IMG/VR virus record: IMGVR_UViG_3300017767_000012 | Location: 1 to 58,787 of that record | From: a virus | Taxonomy: Duplodnaviria > Caudoviricetes | Reading direction: 5' to 3' (one strand) | Length of the DNA: 58,787 nt | In this document: positions 41,401 to 50,400 of the stretch, in pieces | How positions within the stretch are numbered: position 1 is the stretch's first letter | Layout: the number at the start of each line of letters is the position of its first letter | Position numbers and translations under genes: made by a program | Notes under the pieces: model-generated | Seen by the model: the letters and a program-made list of their open reading frames with translations, nothing else | Database searches by the model: none | Told to the model about the DNA's origin: nothing

Positions 41401-44400
41401 TAGTTACATTAGAAACTTTAATCCATGTATTATGATAAGGATCTTTAGGTCTAGGATATCCACAAACTTTTTGATTATTATCTCTAGTACATGTGAAGTT
41501 AACTGATCCATCATCAAACTTGACATAATCACCATTTGAAAGTCCATGATTATTGACTGTAACAGTCATAATACCAACAACAGGATCATAAGATGCACTG
41601 ATTGGTGTTAACTTATCATTTGGAACATGATGATGAGTTGATACATTACTTGATGGTTGAGTTGGTAGTATCTGGAATGAAATAGTACCTACTGTAGTAG
41701 AAGCAATAGAGACTGCAGTATTATAACCAACAGTATCAGTTGACCTTGGATAATAATGTATACTCTGGAAAGTATCAAGACCACATCTAAATGCTAATGA
41801 TTCTGGAGATATTCTTATGCTAGTACCAGTCATGAATTCATGATCAGGTATACTAACTGTCACAATACCAGCAGTGGGGTCATAGACAGCACTAGAGATA
41901 GCAAAAGGTTGTATAGGTGACTTACCTACATTAACAGCAAATGATGTTGTTCCTATGCCTGTAATTGGTACCCACTTACCACTGTAAGGATCGGTTGATC
42001 TTGGATATGATTTGGTAGATGTTCCACCATCCATATCGCAAGTAAACCTTATAGAGTCGTTATCAAATTTTACAAAGTCTCCATCATGTATTAAACGACC
42101 ACCAGGAATTACAGTAACTGTCATGATACCAGCAGTAGCATCATACTGAGCACCATTAATAGTTTGTGTATCAATAATATTGCGTGGATATGTATGAGTT
42201 GAAATATAATTGTCTGTCTCACATCTAAAGATTAGAGAACCTTCTTTCAACTTAATAGAAGTTCCATCTTTAAGAGGATGTTGTCCGATAGTAGCAGTTA
42301 CAATACCTGTTGATGGATTGTAAGTTGCAGTAGTAATACTATAATTAACAATAGGAGAAGTTCCTACAGTTATGGCAATACCTGTTGCAGTAGTAGATGC
42401 AACGGAAATTGCTCTGTCAAAATATGGATCAGTTGTTCTAGGATATGACTTAGTAGTGGAAAGACCATCCATCGCACACTGGAAATTGATTGATTCTTGA
42501 TCAATCTTGATACTAGTTCCAGACATAATATTATGTGACCCAATAGTCACTGTCATGATACCAGCAACTGCGTCATAAACAGCATCTACTGGTGTATATC
42601 TTACCTGAGTTGATATACCAACATTTACATCAAATTCATCTCTGGTTACATTCCTAACTTCTAAGAACTTATTGTTTGCAGTATCAGTAGATCTTGGATA
42701 TGTATGATTGGTTCTATAACCATCCATATCACAAGTAAAGGTCAATCCATCAGTTACTATACCTACTAAATTTGGATCAGTAAATCCATGTGTAGAGTCT
42801 GTAATTATTGTAGCAATACCAACAAGATGATCATATACAAATGATGTTATACCGAGAGTTGTTATTCCTGAGATGTAGTCAGAACAAGTAAATTCTAAAC
42901 CAACTAACTTAGAAAAATCTTCAACTCCAAATCTATGTACTTTTGCAGTAGATACAGTTGCAAGTCCAGTTGTCTTATCATAATCCACACTTTCGATATC
43001 TATGAAATCACTAGTTGTTGGTATACCAGTAAAACCAGTGATAGCACCATCTTTACCAGTAGTTACTTGAATCTTAGCACCTTTAAATGGAGCATATCCT
43101 TGACCTGGTGTGGATGCAACAGAAATTATGATGCCACCTCTAGGTAGTTGATTCTGGTTAATATCACCTTCATCTATTATTAGATCAGTAAATCCAAACG
43201 AACTAATACCTGTATAGTTAACACTAGCAATACCTCCAAGACTTTGTTCAATAATCTCGAAGTTTGCAACACCTTCATTGTTCTCACCAAATGGTGCTTG
43301 GAACATACTGTTAATAAACAGAACTCCGTTACCACCAGTTGAACCAATACCAGTTACAGCAACACCTGTAGATGTTAGTGGGAATATATTTTCTAAACCA
43401 TCAAAACCATCTGAGTTGTCATCAAATACTTGGTTAGTTGCATAATCTTGTCTTAAGTAAGTTCTTCCACTAAATGTTGCTCTAGGAGTAAGAAGATTAC
43501 CAGCATCAATAATACCCAAGTCACCACCAAGAGGTGCTTCTGTAAAATAGATATCACTATCAACAATCTGGAAAGCACCTCTATAAATTCTTGCAGTTGA
43601 TCCAGCAGAATGCACTGTTGCTGCACTACCGACTGAACCTCTTTCTATTTCAACAAGACTCCAAGTTCCAATACCAGTAATAGGTCCTGTAGTTGTGCTA
43701 CCAAAACCAACTGTTTGAACAATATTATATTCATCATCTATTTTAAGTAAATCGCCAGATGTTATTGTACTTAATCCACTTAAAGCAAAGCAAGTAACAA
43801 AACCGTTAACAGCAACATCTAAGTCGTATGTTACTGATGTATGTGATAGAGGTTTCTGTACTAATCCATTAAGAGTAATCATGGATTTAGAATCTCTCTT
43901 ATCCATTGTAAACTTGTGAAGGTTACCTTGACCTTTATCTTGTGCAAAAGTAACTGCTTTACCAACTCTAGCATCAGTAATTGATGTGGAGATAAAGAAT
44001 TGATTATTATTAGATTTTACAATAAAACATTCACTTGGAAGTACAGTTGATCCATATCCAGTAGAATACTCTAAAGAACTGGCAGCAATTCCAATAATAT
44101 TAGAATCTGGTAGATATGATACTTTTTCTGTATTAGAGAAGAAATGTTTTAATGTAATAAGTCCTGTTTCTTTATTAATCTCATTAACATTTTGAGGGTT
44201 AAATGCTCTTTGGTAAATTGGAGTACTTTGATACTTTAATCCAAACTTTCTAAGGTTTCTATTGTTTATACCCAAGTAAGTATTTTGAGTTTGATTTTCA
44301 AATACTTGTCCATAGTTAAATGATCCAATACCAGCAAGAAGTCCATTAGGATCATTTTGTTGATATATTATCTCATTATAAGAGAAGATACTAACAATAC

Positions 44401-47400
44401 CTGTTACTCCTGCATCTGGATAGAATTCTAGATTAACTTGGTCACCACTAAACTCAGCACCAAATGTTCCAATACCAGTAGTCGTTCCAACTGCAGCAAT
44501 AGGTCCTTGAGATAAGAATGTATCTACTTTAACTGGATCTGATAAAACATATATTTGATGGAATGTTTGAGTACTTCCGTAACTTACAGAAACTGTAGAT
44601 TTGAAAGATAGATCAGTAAATGATGTAATTCCACATACAGTTGCAATTCCTGTTGTTGCAGAGGAACCTACAACTATTCTTCCACTTCTTTCCGATCCTT
44701 CGGGTGTAAATGGAATGTTAAAGTGCTTCACTGATGTAGTTCCATATCCAACAGGATTGAAATTTAAGAACTTACATCTAAGGTCTATGCTATTTGCCTC
44801 ACTGTGAACATATTTAAGTTTTACAACTCCACCTGCACCAGTATCAATAGAAGAAGTAAATGTTCCCATAAACTGTGGAGAAGATAATCCACCAAGACTT
44901 TGCCTATTATTAAATGCTCCTACCTCAGTCAAATAAGTATCAACACCATCATGTTGTAAGACTACCTCATGATAATCTACTTTATTAGAGTTTTTATTAA
45001 TGACTACGATATGTCCATGAACACCTGCCAAATTAACTGTATTGATTCCTACAATATCGGTTGTTGTGCCCGAACCTACTGAAATATTAACACTCCTAAC
45101 TTCTGCATTACCTAATTCAGTTTGACCAGTACCAACAGCATCAGCAAAACCTTGCTGGAATGCTTTAATATCATAGTTTGTATCAAATGGTTCGTAAGGT
45201 TTAATTCTTACCTGTGTTTGTCCATTATTAATATTATATTGAGCAAAGAACTCACCATATCCAGTTGCTAAACCAACTTGGTTTGTATTGTTGAGAGCAC
45301 TCTTTTGAACTAAGAAAGTATCATCATTACATGAAATAAGAATTAATTCATTTAATTGAAAATGATTCTTAGCTGGATCTTGTGCTTCGTGTATTGTTTG
45401 TACAAGATATCTTGAGAAATATCTACCAGCAATAGTAGCAGCAATAACTCTACTGTCACTTAAATCGTTTGATTCATTGCTAATGAATTGGGAACTAATG
45501 TCATCATGTAAGAGAACTCTATTTGTTTTACATAGAATAAAATCTGCAAGTCTTGTTTGCTGAAGTTCTATAAACTTAGATAGATTATCAGCAGAATTTG
45601 CATCTCTAGCAATATCAAAATTGTAAATAGAATCTACTCTAAGTGGATCACTAACAAAGTCAAGAACTAATCCACCAGCATCTGCAGCAGGAATAAATGT
45701 ATCACCAGCATTACCTTTTGCTAAAATTTGAGTGTTTGCAAAGTTTTTAAATCCTGCAGGGTGTACAATATCATTAACATATGTAATTAGTTCTTCATAT
45801 GTCTTTTCACTCTCAATAGCATAAGACATATTCTGATAGTAATCATTATCTGGTAAGAATTGATTATTATCACCAATTAGACCAATATTATCTGCCCAAC
45901 CTACATTCGTATCAATTGTTGATGCAATTTCAAAATAACCATCAAATTCTGTAATTGCTTGAACTTCGCATACATCACCACTATTAGTTCCTAGTAATTT
46001 ATCGTCAATTTGAAGATTTATAGATCCACTAACAACCATGATGCCTGTATTGACATCAATATCGGTCATTATCAAATCTGTGAATAAATCACTGTTTCTT
46101 CTTAATGGTTCATTAGTTCTAAATTCTGAGAATGTTTTAGTTGCATCAAATCTCGCAAGATCTCCAGATTTTACAATTTGACCAAAACCAGTAACCACAG
46201 TTGCACCAATACCAGGATTACTACTCAATCCAGTGTATGTAAATGTAACCTGTCTTGGGTTTACTGCACTATTATAATCTGCTATCTGAAAATCAATAAA
46301 TTTATAATCTCCAGAGTTGAATCCGTCTCCAGTACCAGCAGTAAAATCTATACCCTCAAGAAAAACAGATTCGCCAATAGTAAATGGTTCCGTGTCATAT
46401 CCAAGAATAGGCGTAGTAATTTTACAAGTAAGAACTCCTACATCTGAAAATGCCTCAATAATACTAATACCATTACTATTTCTTAAAGGTGCAATACCAT
46501 AATCGTTACCTGTTAAACCTCTAGGTTCAACAATAACATTGACTTTGTTTACAGCAGTATCACTCAATTCCGCAGTAAGAAGACCATTAGTAACTATTTC
46601 TCCAGTTGTCTTATCAAATACAGCAAGAGCAGGTGCATTAAGATATGATCTACCACCAAATAGAACTGATGCGGAGAGAACCTTACTCGCATTCTTAATT
46701 AGTAGAATTCTAGGCAAGAATGCATCTGGGTTCAATGTACCATCAGAAGGATATCCATAAACATCTGTAGGAACACTTACATCTCCTAGTAGGTTGATAT
46801 CTGTTCCAAATAATTCTAATTCTGCACTAATACCACTAGATCCAACAGAAGTTACAGCAGGAAGTCTCTGATATCCAAATCCACCGTTAATAATTCTTAT
46901 TTGCGATATACCGCCAGTTGCTGCAGCACCTGTATGACTATAATATAATTCAGCACAATCTTCTTGAGTGTAATGATCTTTTTCTGGTTCTGCACCAATG
47001 TTAGCAGTAAATACAGTTCCAGCTACTCCAGTTGCAATATACTGCTTTGCATTATACCCACTGTCAGCATATTTTATCTCATTTCCGTATAATACATCAG
47101 TTTCGCTAGTTGTAATATATCCACCTTTCTCTATTGCATAATAAAGAGTGTTTTTAAGACTATCACTATAATTAATCTGCTTATATGGTAGATCAGGAGG
47201 ATTTGTTGTTCCGATACCAACTGTACCCACTCCAACAACTTCTAGATTTGCAGTAGATCCTGTTCCGACATATTCGTTAAAATTATTTCTATCATAGAAG
47301 AATTTGAGTTTTGCTCCTAATAGACTAGGATCATTAAGGTCAAATACAATATTATTTTCACGGAATACTGTAACTGGTGGATTGATAGGATTGATAGTTT

Positions 47401-50400
47401 GTCCACTATATCCTACAGATGTAAATCCAACAACTTCAGGTGGATCCGCACGAAGTTGTTTTTCGGTATTTGCTAGTTGGAATTGATCTGCGTCAATCTT
47501 TAAAACATAATATGTTCTTTGTTCTAATCCAGCAGGAAGTTGAGATGGATCTCCACCAGAACCATACATTAAAACTTTAAATCCTGTATCTAAAGCATGA
47601 TCCTCAACAGTAAATATACTAGTTGTGGTATTAACTCCGCTTGTAGGAATATCTAAAGGATTAATAACTGTATAACCGTCAATCAGTTTAACCGTTGCTC
47701 TTGTAGAAGTACCAATACCAGTAGTCAATCCTGTTTTGACTATTAAATCAAATCTATCATTTTCTTCTAAACCATGATCTTCAGTTGTTTGAATAGTTAC
47801 CTGACTTCTTCTAACAGTTGCAGTTTCTTGTTTATAGTTAGTTACTACTGAATAATTTGCCTTATCATCACCTGTTGTAGTAAAGAACAGAGCAGGACCG
47901 TCTGTATTAGTTTTAAGACCAATAGTATCAGGTGATTTATTGATAACATAAAAATCACCACTCAAAGCACTTGGAGCAGTATACGGACTTATGGAATCAG
48001 TAGCAAAAAGGTCAGTATTACCTCGTTTGTCGAAGGTGACCTTAGCATTAGTTTTAAGACCATGATTAGGTAAATGTATAGTTTGTGCAAGAATAGATCT
48101 TTGTTTAGTAACTCCGTTAAGAGATACATCAACACTAGTCGAGATTCCAACCGTTGTTCCAACACCAACAGATTCTTTAGGGTTAAAATAGATTAAATTC
48201 TGAAAACTAGAGTCAAAAGGATTTGTCTCTACAGGAACTGTGAACTCACTAGTAAAGTATGTAACAGCAGATCCTACTGCAGCAGTAGTAAAACCAGCAT
48301 ATCTTTCTATTCTAACAATTTTTTCATTAGGGAAGAAACCAAGAATACGAGCAGTTTCTGTACCAATACCAATAGAGTCACCTACTGCAACATTATCAGG
48401 AACAAAGTCAACTCTTAGATCTGTGATAATACCAGTATAACCATTATCTGTCAAAGATGCGGAATAACTTGCAACTGCAATCTTTTTAAATCCTTCTAAT
48501 CCTTTAATATAAGTTGATATGCCAGTTACTCTTACAGTATCTGATCCTTTAAATTCATGATACGGAGTTGCTTTGAAAACAACACCCTGTCTGGTGTGTT
48601 TGATAGGAAGATTTGATAATGTAATTACAGAACTACTAATATTATCAATTGGTTTTCCGTGAAGTTTCTTAACTTCTGCATCTAGACCAACACCATTTGT
48701 GCCTGTATTATCAAAAATTACTTTCTCACCAATACTGTATCCAGAACCTCTACTTAAGATATCAATGGTTTCTACAGCACCTTGCAATAGATTGCTTGGA
48801 TTTGAAACCTGATTATTAGTTCTATATGGTTGGAACAGATAATCATAACTAACACCATCTCCAAATAAGTTATATGGTTGTGTATTTCTTACAAGTTCTG
48901 AATTATTAAAGTCAAAAGTAACTTGATCTAGTAATTTGCCTTTTACAGTATTTTCTTCAATAGCAAAAGATCTATATGTGTCACCAACAAAGAATGGGAA
49001 TTGGGGATCATTTAAAAGATCTACTGTGGCAAAATACGCATAGACTCCTTGAGGGAAATCGGGAGTTTTAGTAAACCTTCCATTATGTTCGTCTAAATCT
49101 CCGTTTCCAGTGTAGACATAATCGTCTATAAAATATCCATATGGGAATAATGATGAAGGAGGTCTATTTTCAATATTGGTCGCTGATATATCATAACTAG
49201 ATACCATCTTCTTAACATCAGACTGAACACTATCAACATCAACAGATCCATAAGCACCGTATATTGGATTTCCATCATATGCCCAACCAATGATAGGAGA
49301 ATGCCCTGTTCCATCATCTGCAAAGAAATTTCTAATAGTATTACCGTATCCAACAATGTTAAGTGCTAGACCGTCTCCAATTGGTTGTAGGAAGTCCATT
49401 TCGGACTGATTCAAGCGATATGCCTTATTAACAGTTAAACCCCTTACAGTCGCTTCTGCCTTAAACTCGGAACCAACAGGCACAACATTAACACTAGTAT
49501 TAGTTGCTGCATATCCAACACCGCCAGATATAACTTTAACATCTGTGATTGAACCACTATCATTTACAATAGCTCTTAAGATTGCACCTTGAGATGTAGT
49601 TGCTACACTAACCACATTGAGATCAGGAGGTCCTACATAACCACTTCCTCCATTCGCAACAAATGCATCAGTAACACTACCCTTTGCAACAACGATACCA
49701 ATCTGACCCAAATTTCCTGTAGGGACACTAATGATAGGTGGATTTGGGAAATTTAAAATTGTGGATCCATAGTTTGAACCTTGGTTATACACTAAAATAT
49801 CATCAATCTGTCCCTTAACAACTGGAGTCGCTGTAGGTTCTTTTTCTTGTTGATCTTTAGTTAATACTTTAACTTTACATACAATTGGCGGATATTTGAA
49901 AAGGTGATATCCAGAACCAGCACCCATAGAGTCTAGGTATACATTCTGACGATTAACATAATTTGTTTCCGTTGCCTCTCTATCGCCTTTGTTACCTGCT
50001 TCCGCAAGTCTAAACTTATCGTCGTCTATCTTTAGTACTTGATACTGTTTCGTTGTACTGAGACCTGTTATGACAGCGTTTGTGCCATTTTCATACTCAA
50101 CTACTTCTCCATCTGTAAGTCCATGATTAATAAACTCAACAGAATCATTAAAAGTATTAATTCCAACTGGTTTTACTAAAATATTTCTATTTGCGTAACC
50201 TGAACCAGTATCTTCTAAACTAATTCTACTAATAGTGCGTTTTTTATCAAAAGTACGGAAAATATGAAGACCTGCGTTACTTGCAGCAGCATTTTCTTCA
50301 ATTAATATTGTATTAATACCAATAATCGAATCTTGCTTATTATTATGAAGAGTAAAGTCTTTTGAGTTAATAACATTAATATAATAATCTTGACCACCAA

